Of a stretch of 64,000 nt of DNA, positions 37,512-53,355 are shown in pieces (position 1 is the stretch's first letter; each line of letters begins with the position of its first letter). Position numbers and translations under genes: made by a program. Location of the stretch: positions 24,224,001 to 24,288,000 of the forward strand of contig CP068257.2 of the NCBI GenBank assembly GCA_009914755.4, in the 5' to 3' direction. Under the pieces are notes generated by a model. That model ran no database searches, was not told the origin of the DNA, and saw only the letters and a list, made by a program, of their open reading frames with translations. This stretch comes from the human T2T-CHM13v2.0 reference genome, Homo sapiens.

Positions 37512-39102
37512 TCACCTGTTCCTGGATGTTTCAATAGTAACATATAGGCTCTCCTGGCCCAATGTAGAAATTTGATAAAATTGAATGAGTCGAATGAGCG
37601 CTTTCTAAGTTACATTTTATGCTTGTAGATGAAGAGCATGTCTTTTAAAGAGAAGCACCATGAAAAAAGTCCCAAGGCAAATGACCAACCTGAGCTGGCT
37701 GTGGTTGCAATTAGAACTGAACTGACCCTCAGCCCGAGGCCTTACAAGTTGGCTGAGCAGAACAGGAATGTCAACTCCTGGCTCCTTGAGATTCCCTTAC
37801 ATGACATTGACAATAAGGAGGACATTAGAAGAACTGAAACTGTCTCTGACTCACTATAATTTAAGTTCCCCTTAAAAGCCTACAGACAGAAATTCATAAA
37901 TCAACGAGACCAGCTGTCAAGACGTGTCACACTACTGTCTCTGCTGCCACTGTTAATCACAGCATAAAGGCATGAAGATGCCACAGGCAGACTCTCAGTC
38001 TTCATCAGTGACCGTGCTTGGAGGCAGTCATGGCTCAAGCCTGTGGTGGAAGTGTGAGGGACAGGGTGGGTCTCCTGGCTCTGCTGCTGACTGTATCTGA
38101 ACCAGGCAGCAAAGGTTGACCTCTGTGTATTAATATCTTCAAAGAAAGTTAATTCCCTGTTCTTTGACTATCGCCTGGGGACATTATGAGGATAAAGAAG
38201 AAAATAAATATGGAAAAGTATGTGTTATTTGGGATTAAAATCTCCCTGGAATACACAAATTTGTCAATTCAATAACTTTCTTCCTCTTTTTGATTCACTG
38301 AAAGCACTGGCTACTATCAGTTGGGTGAGGTTGTTCATAGAGTAGACACCAGGCACATATATGCTTCTGCTGTGCTATGACATTATTCATAAAATAAAAA
38401 TGTGTTTCTTCTTAATGTTTGTGAAACTGTAAAAAAAGAAGTGTCTATTTCAGTGTTAATGGGATTTTTAAGTAATACATAAAAAAAGGGCTTATGTGCA
38501 AAATTATGCATCCACATCTGTTGTGTTACTTTAGCCACTCATTGAGAATAAGTACATACAACCCACAAAACAGAAGATGTATTTTGGGCTCTGGAAAGAA
38601 ACCAATTCTGGTATTTTCAGGAAATCATGTCTACTTCAGTAACTGATTGAAGTTTGAGCCCAGTTCAGTTAGAAAATTACCCATCTGGACACCAAACAAG
38701 AAAGGAGAGATGTTCACACTGGTATCCAAGTCATCACCTGAGAGTCTACATCTATCTGGGCTTCTGTTTTTAAGGACAGGCTGTATATAATCGTCTCTGT
38801 TTTTGTTTTGTTTTGTTTGTTTTAAAGAAAAAAGAAAAAAAAAAACCCAAATTTGGAAGGGCTCTCTTTTAGGTTTCAAAGGGAAAGCTCAGAAACAAAA
38901 AAAATCATTTCACTCGGAACTTGGGAAATGAAGAGTAAGGAATAGTCAAGGGGAATTTTTAAAAGTTTGGTTTCTAAGGTCACTTCAAATTCTACTCTGC
39001 AGTAAGTACAATTGAGAGAGGCTTAAAATGCAGAAAGGAGACAACGTCTGCTCGAGCTTAGGCCCAAGATGCGGAGAGGCACAAGTCAAGCGGTTCTGAT
39101 AC

Positions 39103-39156
39103 CTGGTCGAGTGGTCAGTCCTCGGTCGGCAGCAGGGCGGGCATCAACAGGCTCAA
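39103..39156 (-). CDS. APP: APP exon 15 (54 nt): (V)EPVDARPAADRGLTTRP(G)
   Basis: Minus strand reads TTGAGCCTGTTGATGCCCGCCCTGCTGCCGACCGAGGACTGACCACTCGACCAG. It is flanked by cag| and |gtatcag. The phase links exon 14 (...ENE+G) to exon 16 (GT...). Confidence 0.93.
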
Positions 39157-42100
39157 CTGGGCACAGGAAGCAAGGGACACAGAAAGCAAACAAGACAAAT
39201 CAAGATGGTAAGTCGTGGCTCCCAAACATAGTCGAGCAGGGAAAAAAGCATATGCAATAAACAAGTTACAAAAAAGGAGCAGCCAGAAAAGAACCACAGT
39301 GAGTTAATCCCGAGCATCGAGGACCAGGAGGGGCACCACTTTAAATGGCTTATCGCTATTGATGTGCCAGTCCTGCTCCTTAGTTTTCTAATAAAAGCCC
39401 TCACCAGGATACGCAGCAACATCAAAGAAGAGGGGTGGGGAGGGTGGATTTCCCTCTGAGCTAGTTTAGAGATAGTTTCTTGGCTTTTGATTAGAAATAA
39501 AATATTCCCAGCCTAGCAGAAAACCTTAAAGATACTTCCTTTTACAACTGCCCAATCTTATCTTATTTTACAGTTAATTAACTACAAAAGGACTCTGTTA
39601 AATTTCCAGGGGAAGTGCAAATATGAATTTATCAGGAGAGCAAAGTTTTACTATATAATCTGCCATTTAGTGAGTGAATCAAATTTGTCCTTAGTATGAG
39701 GGCAGAAGAGGGAAACCGCAGTCTTTTTCTCACTTTTTCAAAAAGGCTGGCTTCCATTTGACAGATGACATACAGCTGAAACGTGTGAAATGAGGATATT
39801 TCATTTTATATTTGCCATTGTTCACAATTTTCCCTTTTTATGTGTTCTGGGTCCGACCCAAAGAAAGCAGTGTGGACAGCATGATATTCCTCACCATCAT
39901 CTGACCTTTCCAAAGCACTTCTGATGCTCAGAAAATACTTCCTTGTTTTACGCTGGCGTTTGAAGAAACAAGGAATGGGGACAAAAGTGAAGTTTTTAGG
40001 ATTAATAATGGTCATAGGGTAAATGAAGCCACGGAGTGGAGGTGCAGGGGGAAGCTGCTTTGGTAAGGTGGCAAGTGTAAAGGGAAAAAGGTAAGACAAA
40101 GTGAGCACAGGTGCTGAAGGAGACACGGTGTGCTCGATGAAATGGCTTCTAACAATTTCAGCAAAACCATCCAGCTTACTGATGCACACAGGCCAGGCAT
40201 TCAAAGGTGGGATTCTCAGTCCAAATCGATTTTGGATGCCACATGTTAATAGAAACAGTGAGGGAGAAAAAAAGTGGCAGTAAGCCAAGTCTCCAAAATA
40301 TAAGAAAATATTTCCGGGAGCACTAGGATATTTGGATGAAATAAAAATTTGGTCCTTTCTCATGTAGAGACTGGCAGCATGGTGGAGTCAAAAGGAGGGT
40401 GAGGCATCTAATCCCAGGCCTGGGCCCAACATTTACAATGTCTGTGGCCTTGGGCATGCGCCCACTTCTGTGGCTGTTTCTCCATATGGAAACAGAAATG
40501 TTAACATCTGCATCTTCTAATTATGGTGAGGAACAAATAAGTAACCTTTAAAGCCTGTTTGAGACCCTACCAGATACTACAGAACTGCACTGATTAAATA
40601 TCCTATGATTAAATATTCCATAGTAACTACTGATGCGAGAGTGACTATTCTCTAGTATTTCACTAGTGCATTAGAGGAAGACATAGTTCACTTCCTTCTG
40701 CAACTCCCAAATACATTTCGACAATGAGGTTTGGTTTTTCTATACTTCATTTTTTTTCCTATTTGCAGCAACCTGTAATGAGTAACTGTATTACTCCTTG
40801 TAAAATGCAGTTAGTTGAAAGGTCATTGTACTTTGTGAGAATTTCCTGATGATGAGGGACCCAATAGTGCTTCAACTGCAGTTAAGAACACAACAGACCA
40901 CATGCACGAGGGCAAACGCGTACCTTGAAGTGGTGGTGAGCACATACATCAATAGTTACGTTATTAGAAAATGTATATGCAACTCGGGGCAGTAAGTTAA
41001 GTGTACCTGTGGTTTAAATGCAGGCTGAGGAGCTGGTAGTCCCACGGGCCACTGCTAATGTCACCACTTACTTTCTCTGTGATCTGGGGCTAATCACATT
41101 CTTTCTGAACTTCAGTTGTGTCACAAAGTAAATGGTTTTTCCAGGGTTCAAATGCGTATACTTATGTGAAAGAAACTTACAAATGATATTGTCCTATAAG
41201 TTTCTCTGCCTCTCCCCGCTCTTCTTCTTCTTCTTCTATTTTTTTAAATAGGCATGTATTATTTAAAAACAATAATAAAACCCTAACCCTATTTTTTAGG
41301 AAGATTAAACAAAACTAGTTTCAGTGACATAAACCCTAATCTGCTTTAAAAGATTGAAGCTGATTTAGTATAAATTAATGCTCAAAAAATAAGTAGCTCA
41401 GGGAGCAGACATTAAAAGTTTTTTAAAAGGCAATTATGATATCATTGCCGAAAAAAAAGAATACACACCAACAAAACAAAGTAGTGTGTTATTTCCCAAT
41501 CCACTGCAAATACTTTCCAATTTTTCCAATTGACCTTTACTTAACCAGACAGTAACTTCATCAATGAAGTGCTAAAAAACATCTTACATTGGCTGTTTAG
41601 TAATTTAAAAACAAGAAATACATTATCTTAGCTTTAACTTTTAATAGAGTTAAAATAAAATGTAAGCAGAAATGAGTTATTCTCTTGCTCTCAGTAGCTT
41701 TGAATCAAATCCTTTGCTGTAAGAGGAGAGAAACAGAATGGTCAGACCTCTGGGATTTTTGAGTCTGTTACTTCTGGTATTCTTTGTAATAAACCTCAAC
41801 TATTAACCGTGCTGCCTTGTACAAACTCTCTACCAGGCCAAAGGTAATGAGGAATCAGCAGTACACCAGTTTTACATATAGATAAGAGGCTGACAAGAAC
41901 TGGTTTGTAAGTTTAATGAAATATTTATTTAATCTAAATTTCAACATTTAAATTGGCTTCCTCATTGCCTCTATAAAGCTAGTTAAAAATATACTAGAAG
42001 GCAGCTTCACATTTTGCAAATACATCCATACAAGTCTTATAAGACCTGCTTTGTCTCTTTAAAAATATTATTTTATCTACATATTATATCTAGGTATTAT

Positions 42101-43064
42101 CTACAAAGAGGCAGACTGTTGGCCACAAAGACTTGCTGGCAGTCACTGCATGCTATGCTGCTCTTTGTGGCTGCCCTTCTCAGGCAGTCAGGAAAAAGTA
42201 GAACAAACACAAATGTCATCAACGCTAATGCTTCCAGCCAGATCATTTCACGATCTGTGAGCACAATTCTGTAACAACAGCTTCATTTCAGCCTAGCCAT
42301 TCATTTAGGTTTTGTGGATGTGAAAACCAAAGAATAAAAAATTGTTAAGGCAAATCACAGCACATTGGAAAACTCTGATATGCTTATTTTCTTCAATGTA
42401 AATTTAAAAAATGGGCATCAGAACCTCCTCTGGATTTCACTGATTGTTCTTAAGAAAAACAACAAATTTTTGGTAAGCATTTGAAACTATGATAATGAGG
42501 ACTGCATGAAGAACAAAAGGAAATCCTTTGAGAATTTTAGATATTTTCAGTAGTTGGGTGTATGTGTGTGTGTGTGCACATGTCTGTACAAAGAAAGACT
42601 AACAAGTTTCTGGGGAGAGGTGGGAGACGGTGTTAGAAGAGAGACGGCTTTAGGACTGTATCTCATTATATGGCTTATTATATTCATTATTTTAAGGATA
42701 CATTGTTGAGGCCATAAGGTGATTCATCTTGAGACAGGCTGATAAAGTCTCTCTAATAAGATCCTGGCTCCATTAAAAAAAAAAAAAGCTACCACTGACA
42801 TTTACTACGTTCCAGGAATTTTGCTAAGAGCTTTTTTATGCCTTCTTATTTAATGCTCATACTATACCTCTGAGTTAGGAATTATTGTCAACCTTATTTT
42901 ACAGACGAGGAAGCAGCCAGAGAGGCTAAGTAACTTGCTCAGAAGCACATAGCAGGGCTGGAATTTAAACTCGGGTCTGTATCATTCAGGAGTTCAGGGG
43001 TATGGGGTAGTATTTAATATCCTATGAGATGATGGCCGTCTATTTTATTTAAAAACCAATTGGG

Positions 43065-43370
<306 letters not shown>

Positions 43371-44196
43371 ATTGCTTAAGTGGCTTTTTAAATTGTTTGC
43401 TATAATCAATATATATATGTCAATGTTGGGACTGATAATGAAGAGTACTGCAACTCAAGACTCTGACACTGCAAGTTCTATTGCCTCCCAAAATTGTTAT
43501 ACCAGATTCTACTGTTCAAACAGAATCATCCAACAAGAATATCAGCTCTTTTCATGAGACCTAGGCAATGTAATAGCTGCGTGTTTGTCAAGTATCCAGA
43601 AGTACTTAATCAAGGTCTTTGCTCAAATGGACATCTTGGCAATACCCAAGGGTTTCACAGTGTATGTGTGTGTGTGTACATTCACACGTGTGCACGCAGA
43701 TTTTCTCCTAAGGCTGATGCAACAAGGTATGCTGTTAGTAAAAGAGCAAATTTAGCGTGCATTCAATTTACAAAATGAGATCGGACATTTTTCACTAAAA
43801 ATTCTCATTAGAGACTGAATGAAGAGGACCTTCAATGACCAAAATCTATCTACCTGTAAAGAAACAAAACAATCTGCACTCAATACATTTAACAGGACAG
43901 TTTTCCAGGTCTTTGATAATGAACTGTCCCTAAAATTGTTTTCTTCTATGTGATTAAGAATTATTTTCATAAATGGTAAAGTTTTAATTATTTTTACATT
44001 GTCAGTAACATGCTGTTTGCTATTACTGTAAGGTGCCCTTTTTCAAATTAAGGAAACAAATTTGGGGTGATGATTCACATTGTGAAAATAGTCTATATAT
44101 TTTCTGCAATGGTTCTTTAGAAAAAACTTGTCCAGTACACTTAAGGTCTAATATTATATTTAGATTTAGTACTAATTGCATGTTATAAGGTATATA

Positions 44197-44511
<315 letters not shown>

Positions 44512-45822
44512 TATAAGGTATATTATAAATATGAAATCTCCATCAACATTTGCTGCTTTGATAAAGAAAATCAGGTAAAGTGCTGTTGTGTTCTTAAAAA
44601 ACATGTTATTTGTATCTAGAAATCAAGGTGTTTGTGTGTAATTGTATACTTCTGAACATGTAGAAAAAGATAAAAGAAGCTGAAAGATATTCTTGCCTGA
44701 ACAGGTGTTTCTGCTAAGAAATCCCTGTGAAAAAGGATGCCATCTACTGCTCAAATTTGTTGATAGAGAAGAATCTTACTTCTCTGAGGTACCAAAGGAA
44801 AAAACATTTAGAGCAATGTGCTCCTTAATTTTGGCAGCTGCCTTAAATTTAATTTTCTAAACACAAATTAAGTCTTAAGCAAAATTAAATTTTATTTATA
44901 TGTAGTTCTCTATCTTTGCCTTTAACATTTAATTCAATCTGAAATTTCATGTAAGAATAAGTAGCCAGTGAAGACTACTTTGGTGCCTGTCAAATCTGCA
45001 TCTCTGCAGGCCCTCAAAACTCCTCTCTGTTGGTAAACTGTAATTTTTCCTTATTTCACTATCTATCTGCTTTTTTGGAAGGTGGCATTCTAGGTCATTA
45101 CGTCATAAACACAAGTTGAATTTTGTGCTTCCATTCCAGAGGGAACAATATACCTCACAGTTAAAAAACATTTCTAAAAAATTCCTACCAAAAGTCATCA
45201 CTTAAGAACTTAGTCTCCTGGTGCCTCCATTTCCTCATTTGAAAAAGTCATAAACATAATAATATGATATACAGTACATGCTCTTTATGTATCCACTTTT
45301 GTTATATAATGTACCATTTTATATTAAGAAGAGGAACTGGAAAATAAAAATTAGAAGAATGTTATTGCCACACATTTTCCTTGTGAAGAACTGCCTCTTC
45401 AATAATACACTGTGGCTCCCCTTCGTCCGGGAGTGTTCACTCGAAGGATAATATTCCCTAGAATGCAAACCTGGACATGTGCGAAACAAGAGGCCCTTTA
45501 CCTGCAAATGTTATGTAAATCATTACCATTTTGTTTTGCCACCTATACAATGGAGTTGTTGTCTTTTCCAACAATTGGCAGTTTACATGCTTTGCAGCAT
45601 AAAAAATATAAAGAATAATTTACACAGATATATTATTTTAATGACATAGTAACTCCTAGTATTTACTTTTTAAAGTAAAATTATAATGAAAATATTTATG
45701 ACTACATCAAAAAAAATTCACCACTCAAGAACATACAAAAGATAACTCTCTCTCTTGCACACACGTTATGTATGTGTATATATACCTCCCAGAACGCCCT
45801 TGCTGGCTCAGGGGACTCTTAC

Positions 45823-46044
45823 CTTCGTTTTCTGTGTTGGCTGGCACAGAGTCAGCCCCAAAAGAATGCCACGGCTGGAGATCGTCCAGGCTGAACTCTC
45901 CATTCACGGGAAGGAGCTCCACGGTGGTTTTCGTTTCGGTCAAAGATGGCATGAGAGCATCGTTTCCGTAACTGATCCTTGGTTCACTAATCATGTTGGC
46001 CAAGACGTCATCTGAATAGTTTTGCTCTTTCTGAAGCAGCTCAT
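45823..46044 (-). CDS. APP: APP exon 14 (222 nt): [74 protein letters not shown]
   Basis: Minus-strand ORF 45725..46084 contains this peptide. The acceptor is ttttgtttggtttag|AT GAG CTG. The donor is GAA G|gtaagagtcccc (plus cttac 45818-45822). Confidence 0.95.
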
Positions 46045-46090
46045 CTAAACCAAACAAAACCATCTCTTTGGTGAGTAACAACAATCACAA

Positions 46091-46108
46091 CAGCAGCAGC
46101 AGCAGCAG
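46091..46108 (-). repeat. (CTG)6 on the APP strand (plus-strand CAG x6), 47-64 nt upstream of the exon 14 acceptor
   Basis: Plus strand caacagcagcagcagcagcagcc at 46088-46110, just 5' (in gene orientation) of the exon 14 polypyrimidine tract and AG. Confidence 0.9.
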
Positions 46109-48443
46109 CCACCATTTACTTCTGCCAGGCAAGACTTCAACTGCTTTCACGTGCATGATCGCGTTTAGAGCCATGACATAGGTACCATTATCATCTCCCT
46201 TTTACAGATGTGAAAACTGAGGCACATGGCATTCAAGCTACTTATGCAAAGTCGCAGCTCACAAGAGCTGCTGGCAGGACTGCAGGCAGGAGCATGGCAG
46301 CCGGCCAATGTGCTGCAGCGTGGCACTGCTAGAGGTGAAAGGCCACAGGGGCTCAGCTGCCATTTCCTCCTGACACAGTTAGACGTCCCTAGTATACAAT
46401 GATCGCACAGGAATAAACGCCAGGCTTTGGTGTGGCGGCAGTAAGTGAGGCACAATCTCATTCAAGCTGAAAGACAACAGACAATCTCCTGTCTTGCCTT
46501 GCACACTTGCAAGGATAAGAAAAGCATTAAAGGGCCAGTAGTTTGCTACCTTCTTGAATAGTTTTCACTGTCTTGCCTTGAAAAAAAATCTGCATTTCCT
46601 AAATGCTCCTCTTGTGCTGCATGACCTATGCTCTGAGGCAACAAGGAAACTGTTCCCTTGCCCTTCCAGATGTAGCCCTGCAGACAGACATCCAGCCTTC
46701 TCTGGACTTAACCACCCCTGGCTCCCCGTATTTCCCAATGTGAGCAGACACCAAATATCCTGCCTTTCTCCTCTGTTGCTTCCCTTTCCAAAGAATGCTG
46801 TCAGTGCCGCCTACCCCCCCACTTTAAAAATTGATTAAACAAGAATCAGCTTTATGGAACATCATTGACTTATCTTTTCTTACTGGAAAAAGAGAGCTTA
46901 GAATATAATCTTGTATCATGTGTAATTACTGCTTTAAAAACTGACCCCAGGATATGAAGATTTGTGAGTCTTCTCTTATGTCACCAAAGATTCACCATGT
47001 TTTTCTCTGATTTTTACAAATTAGAGACCGACAGACAGCACTGCACTATTAACAATAATATTTGATTAACCAAAATGTCTCATTTTCCAATCATAGCTGT
47101 GTCAAGAGTTTGCTGTAGTATATATTTCAGACACATCACTGGTTAGTTTTATTGCTAGAGAAAATGAAAATAAGATCAGGATTTAAATTTGATTTGTAAC
47201 ATTTTACAATCATCTTTCAAATTCTCTTTTCTATTGACAAAAAATGTATCTGAAAAATTAAAATTCTGTTCAAATATACCCATTAAAATAATTTGATGGA
47301 ATAGCATTAAAGCTTGTGATTAATATCTTTTCATGTAGTCAGTTTTATTGCAAGTGATTTTAAATGATGGAAGTCCCAAGCAAATTAGTCCTTTTGAAGT
47401 CTAATCTGAGTTATAATATATCCCTATTCACTGTGGCACCGTTTCTAAAATTCAATACTTGATGCCCATGATGACCTTTCCCTTACAGATAAAAGACCCT
47501 CATTAGATTTCCTCCAACTTTTTCATGTTTTACAAAGCCATAGGTAGCGGCTAATAACTTAGCCAATGTCTGATTAAATAAATTAAATGAGCATTTCTTT
47601 TATATAAATCTTTTGCTTGTGACTGTTAAGCACTTACTATGCTAAAGAGAGGATATTCTGGAATACTAATAATTATTGGTGCATACACATTCATCTTGAC
47701 AGGAAATAACCTTTGCCAGCGAGAAAGCTCTTGAACTCCCCAGGGGCTACGCTGTTCTTGGGTCTGTGGTATCTACTATCACTTACCATGTCCTTTATTT
47801 GGAAATGTTCTCACTGTTTCGCATACACAGTACTTATCTTCTTCCCTGTGACATCTCTGAATAACTCTTTTTACTCTTTTTTTCTCCTCTCTTCATCCCT
47901 GTCATTTTCTTCTTGTATCTCTTTCCATCTCTTTCTACAATTCTCCCCTTTGGAAATCCCATCGACTCTTGAAACTCTAAAGATCTCCTACCTTTGGGTG
48001 AATCTGAAATGTACTTCCCCAGCTTTGACTTCTCCCTCCCACTCAAATTTGTATATTTCCAACAGTTTGCTGGAGATACCAACTTAGGGCTCCCTCCTGA
48101 TCCATGCACTTGGTAGGTACACAACTGTACTCAAGGTCCCTGGCTTTCCCTTCCACCTTTCCTGTTTTCTAATCATGGCAGAACCATTCTCCCTCCCAGT
48201 CACAGGCTTGAATCCTTCAGAGCCATCCAGGACTCCCTGTATTTCTTCGTGTCCAGTACTCACACTACCGACAAATCCTTTTGCATTCTATTTCTGAATT
48301 CTCTCAGCCATTTCCTGCTTGCTTTTCCACACCACCCTCACCGCCCCTAGGAATATGATTACTTTTCGCCTGGATAATTACGATAGTCTCCTCACTGCTT
48401 GCTATGGTCTGAATGTCCCCCAAAGTCATGTGTTGAAACTTAA

Positions 48444-48933
<490 letters not shown>

Positions 48934-50160
48934 TTGATCCTGGGCTTCTCAGCCTCCAGAATTGTAGTATTTCTATTGTTTGTTTATAAATTACCCAGTC
49001 TCTGGTATCATGATAACAGCACAAACCGACTGAGACAATGGTCTCCCTGCTGGTTTTTATTTTACGTTTGGTTCCTGAAATCTTAGTTCCTGACACACAA
49101 GAATGGCTCCCTCTTTGTTTCAGTGGGTCTTCATTTTCTACCGAATTAATTCCAACTCCTTTGCCAGATGCTGAAGGCCCTCTGTGGTCTGGGCCCACCC
49201 CGTATTTCTAGCCATGGAACTCACAGCTCCAGCTGTCTACACCACACCTCTCTCTCAGGCTAAATAGCTTGGGGTATTCCCACAAAAGACCATGCATACC
49301 CATTCTGACACTTTTGTTTTCTATTCCTGCTATCTTGGAAGCCCATCTCTGCTCATCTACGTTATTTGAACTCTTTAGAGCCCAGCTCAAATGCCCTCTC
49401 CTGTATGACTCTCCTCTCCCAAGGCAGGCATTATTAATCTGATGGGACAAGGAGACTGAGGCTGGGAGAAAGGAACCAATCTCTTCAAGACCCAATGGCC
49501 AGTAAGCACCAGTGCTGAAATCCAAGTCCTGGGCTTCATAACACCAGCCTTCCCATGTTCAGCCCCTATCTATTTCAGCCTCTCGTATTATCACAAAAGT
49601 AGCTGTAGAAATTAGGCATTATTAAGCATGTCTGTTCCAATATCTTTAGCAGTCTCTTCCACCCTTGTGGATTTGTAAGCTGACTTAATCACCGTTAGTC
49701 CTATGGAATGGTTATTGCTTTTGGTCATCAAATAAGCATTTCTCAGGCAGGGGCAGCTGGAAAGGGCCCTGTGCCCATCTTAGCCCTTGGCAGTAAAAAG
49801 GCAGAGGAGCAAAAGATCACAGTGAGAAATCTTACACTTGTACTTCACAGAACAGTCAGGGGAGGTTGAGGTACGCTGTAGTACCCTTTTCTCTTTTCTC
49901 TGTTACACTGTTGGTAGAAAAGTTCCTCCAAATGGCCACCAGCATGCTGAGCCCCATGGTGGTTAATTATATTCATTTTCAGAAAATGTAAGTGAAAGAG
50001 TGACAGATTCAAGAAAAGGTACATTTTTAGCAGAGTGAAACACACTTAGCCTTCGTTTTTTTTTTTTGGTCGTTGTTCAAAATAGGAAGAAATCCACATT
50101 CCTATCTTAATTCAACACAGAAAATTTAGAAATAACCACCCCTGGCTATGTCATTCAGAA

Positions 50161-50391
50161 CAACGAACCTCTGCCTCCTGGGTTCAAGCGATTCTCCTGC
50201 CTCAGTCCCGAGTACTGTGATTACAGGCACACACTACCATGACCGGATAGTTTTTATGTTTTTAGTAGAGACAGAGTTTCTCCATGTTGGCCAGGCTGGT
50301 CTCAAACTCCTGACCTCAGGCGATCTGCCTGCCTTGGCCTCCCAAAGTGCTGGGATGAGGCGGGAGCCACTGCGCCTGGCCGTCAGTGTAG
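50161..50391 (-). mobile_element. Alu SINE fragment (3' portion only; no poly-T end)
   Basis: acgaacctctgcctcctgggttcaagcgattctcctgcctcag...gagccactgcgcctggcc. Confidence 0.8.
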
Positions 50392-51063
50392 TTTTAAGAG
50401 AAAAAAAGAGGTAGACATGATGGATTACCATTATCAGAAGTGGAATTCAATTTCGTCATCATAAAATGTCTAAGGCAGCCAGCTACCTGTAGACATGACT
50501 AAGGGCTCAGGATTTTACCAGTGGCTTACACACTGGCACTGGGCAATTGAGCCTATGACAAAATACCCAGAGACAAATATGATTCTTTCATTGTTCATTC
50601 TGAGTGGGACTTTCTTTGACTTCCATGGTGAGACTAATCACACCGAAACCACACTTCCACTACATTAGTGGCCCTGATGGATTATCCTTTTATCTGAATT
50701 AATTTAATACTTAATTACAACACTCTGATGGCCTGCAATGGGGATTTTCAGAACTTTTAAGCATCTATATTTGCCAACCGCTATATTAAACTAAGAGACT
50801 GCTTATTTTCCTCCCAAGACTTATTTTTTCCCCTTCTAAAAGCTATTTGTTATGACCCAAAATTGTAGCGTTTATCTTTGAAGTCAAATATCTTCTATAA
50901 TATCCAAGCATTTGAACCTTGTAGTTAACAGTGGAAATATTTAACTGAGTTTAGTGGTGATAATATTTAAAATATGGCTTCATCAATAACAGAGGTATTT
51001 AATTTCAAATACCAAACACCTAATGAACCCCATCACCTTGCTCTTTTACAAATGCTTCGAGGT

Positions 51064-51425
<362 letters not shown>

Positions 51426-51844
51426 TTATCATTGTAAACACTTTAAAGAAAACAACATCAAAAGATAATAATTTCATCTTCAAACAGCTAAATATTTTGT
51501 TTTTTCTTAGATATTCATGATCATTCATTTTGAGAAAAATAGCCTTATAAATAAAAGAACTGCTGAATAGGAAGCAGATGAATTCATCCAATATTCTTTT
51601 AATTATTAATCCACTAGCCAAATGTCTTCTAAGAATTTAACGGTCACATCTTACGATTAAAGAAAATAAAATTTATGGGCATTAAATCAATCAGTTATGT
51701 GTTACAAGTGTCAGTTATAATTACTGAACAGCTTCTTCCATCCACTGAACACAAGTGGGTTGGAGAAGAACATTTTCTTCATATAAAGGAGGTGCCACTC
51801 AGCCTTTTCCCTGTAAAGTCTGGCTGTTAAAGCTCTGATCTGAA

Positions 51845-52447
51845 TCTATCCATCTGACAAAGGTCTAATATCCAGAATCTACAAGGAACTTAAACAAATT
51901 TACCAGAAAAAAAAGAAAAACAACCCCATCAAAAAGTGGGCAAAGGATATGAACAGACACTTCTCAAAACAAGACATGTATGTGGCCAACAAACATATGA
52001 AAAAAAAAAAAAAAGCTCATCATCACTGGTCATTAGAGAAATGCAAATCAAAACCACAATGAGATACCATCTCACACCAGTTGGGATGGTGATCATTAAA
52101 AAGTCTGGCAACAACAGATGCTGGCGAGGATGCGGAGAAATAGGCACGCTTTTACACTGTTGGTGAGAGTGTTAGTTCAACCGTTGTGGAAGACAGTGAG
52201 GAGATTCTGCAAGGATATAGAACTAGAAATACCATTTGACCCAGCAATCCCATTACTGGGAATATACCCAAAGGATTATAAATCATTCTACTGTAAAGAC
52301 ACATGCACACATATGTTTACTGTAGCACTATTTACAATAGCAAAGACTTGGAACCAACCAAAATGTCCATCAACGATAGACTGGATAAAGAAAATGTGGC
52401 ACATATACACCATGGAATACTATGCAGCCATAAAAAAGGATGAGTTC
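51845..52447 (+). mobile_element. Older 5'-truncated L1PA element, left part (3' portion of ORF2), host of the young L1
   Basis: Translates as ...[48 protein letters not shown]...[44 protein letters not shown]...AIKKDEF, i.e. the C-terminal region of L1 ORF2p. It is preceded by the TSD-like aaagctctgatctgaa (51829-51844). Confidence 0.8.
52432..52447. repeat. Target-site duplication of young L1, 5' copy (aaaaaaggatgagttc)
   Basis: An identical 16-mer recurs at 58521..58536 immediately after the 3' A-tract. The sequence continues as uninterrupted older-L1 ORF2 codons (AIKKDEF|MSFAGTWMK). Confidence 0.8.
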
Positions 52448-53355
52448 GGGAGGTGGGAGCCAAGATGGCCGAATAGGAACAGCTCCGGTCTACAGCTCCC
52501 AGCGTGAGCGACGCAGAAGACGGGTGATTTCCGCATTTCCATCTGAGATACCGGGTTCATCTCACTAGGGAGTGCCAGACAGTGGGCGCAGGCCAGTGGG
52601 TGCGTGCACCGTGCGCGAGCCGAAGCAGGGCGAGGCATTGCCTCACCTGGGAAGCGCAAGGGGTCAGGGAGTTCCCTTTCTGAGTCAAAGAAAGGGGTGA
52701 CAGACGCACCTGGAAAATCGGGTCACTCCCACCCGAATATTGCGCTTTTCAGACCGGCTTAAGAAACGGCGCACCACGAGACTATATCCCACACCTGGCT
52801 CGGAGGGTCCTACGCCCACGGAATCGCGCTGATTGCTAGCACAGCAGTCTGAGATCAAACTGCAAGGCGGCAGCGAGGCTGGGGGAGGGGAGCCCGCCAT
52901 TGCCCAGGCTTGCTTAGGTAAACAAAGCAGCCGGGAAGCTCGAACTGGGTGGAGCCCACCACAGCTCAAGGAGGCCTGCTTGCCTCTGTAGGCTCCACCT
53001 CTGGGGGCAGGGCACAGACAAACAAAAAGACAGCAGTAACCTCTGCAGACTTAAATGTCCCTGTCTGACAGCTTTGAAGAGAGCAGTGGTTCTCCCAGCA
53101 CGCAGCTGGAGATCTGAGAACGGGCAGACTGCCTCCTCAAGTGGGTCCCTGACCCCTGACCCCCGAGCAGCCTAACTGGGAGGCACCCCCCAGCAGGGGC
53201 ACACTGACACCTCACACTGCAGGGTATTCCAACAGACCTGCAGCTGAGGGTCCTGTCTGTTAGAAGGAAAACTAACAAACAGAAAGGACATCCACACCGA
53301 AAACCCATCTGTACATCACCATCATCAAAGACCAAAAGTAGATAAAACCACAAAG
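52448..53355 (+). promoter_or_regulatory. L1 5'UTR: internal sense promoter (YY1 box caagatggccg at 52460-52470) and antisense promoter region
   Basis: Near-consensus L1HS 5'UTR of ~908 nt preceding the ORF1 ATG at 53356. Confidence 0.7.
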
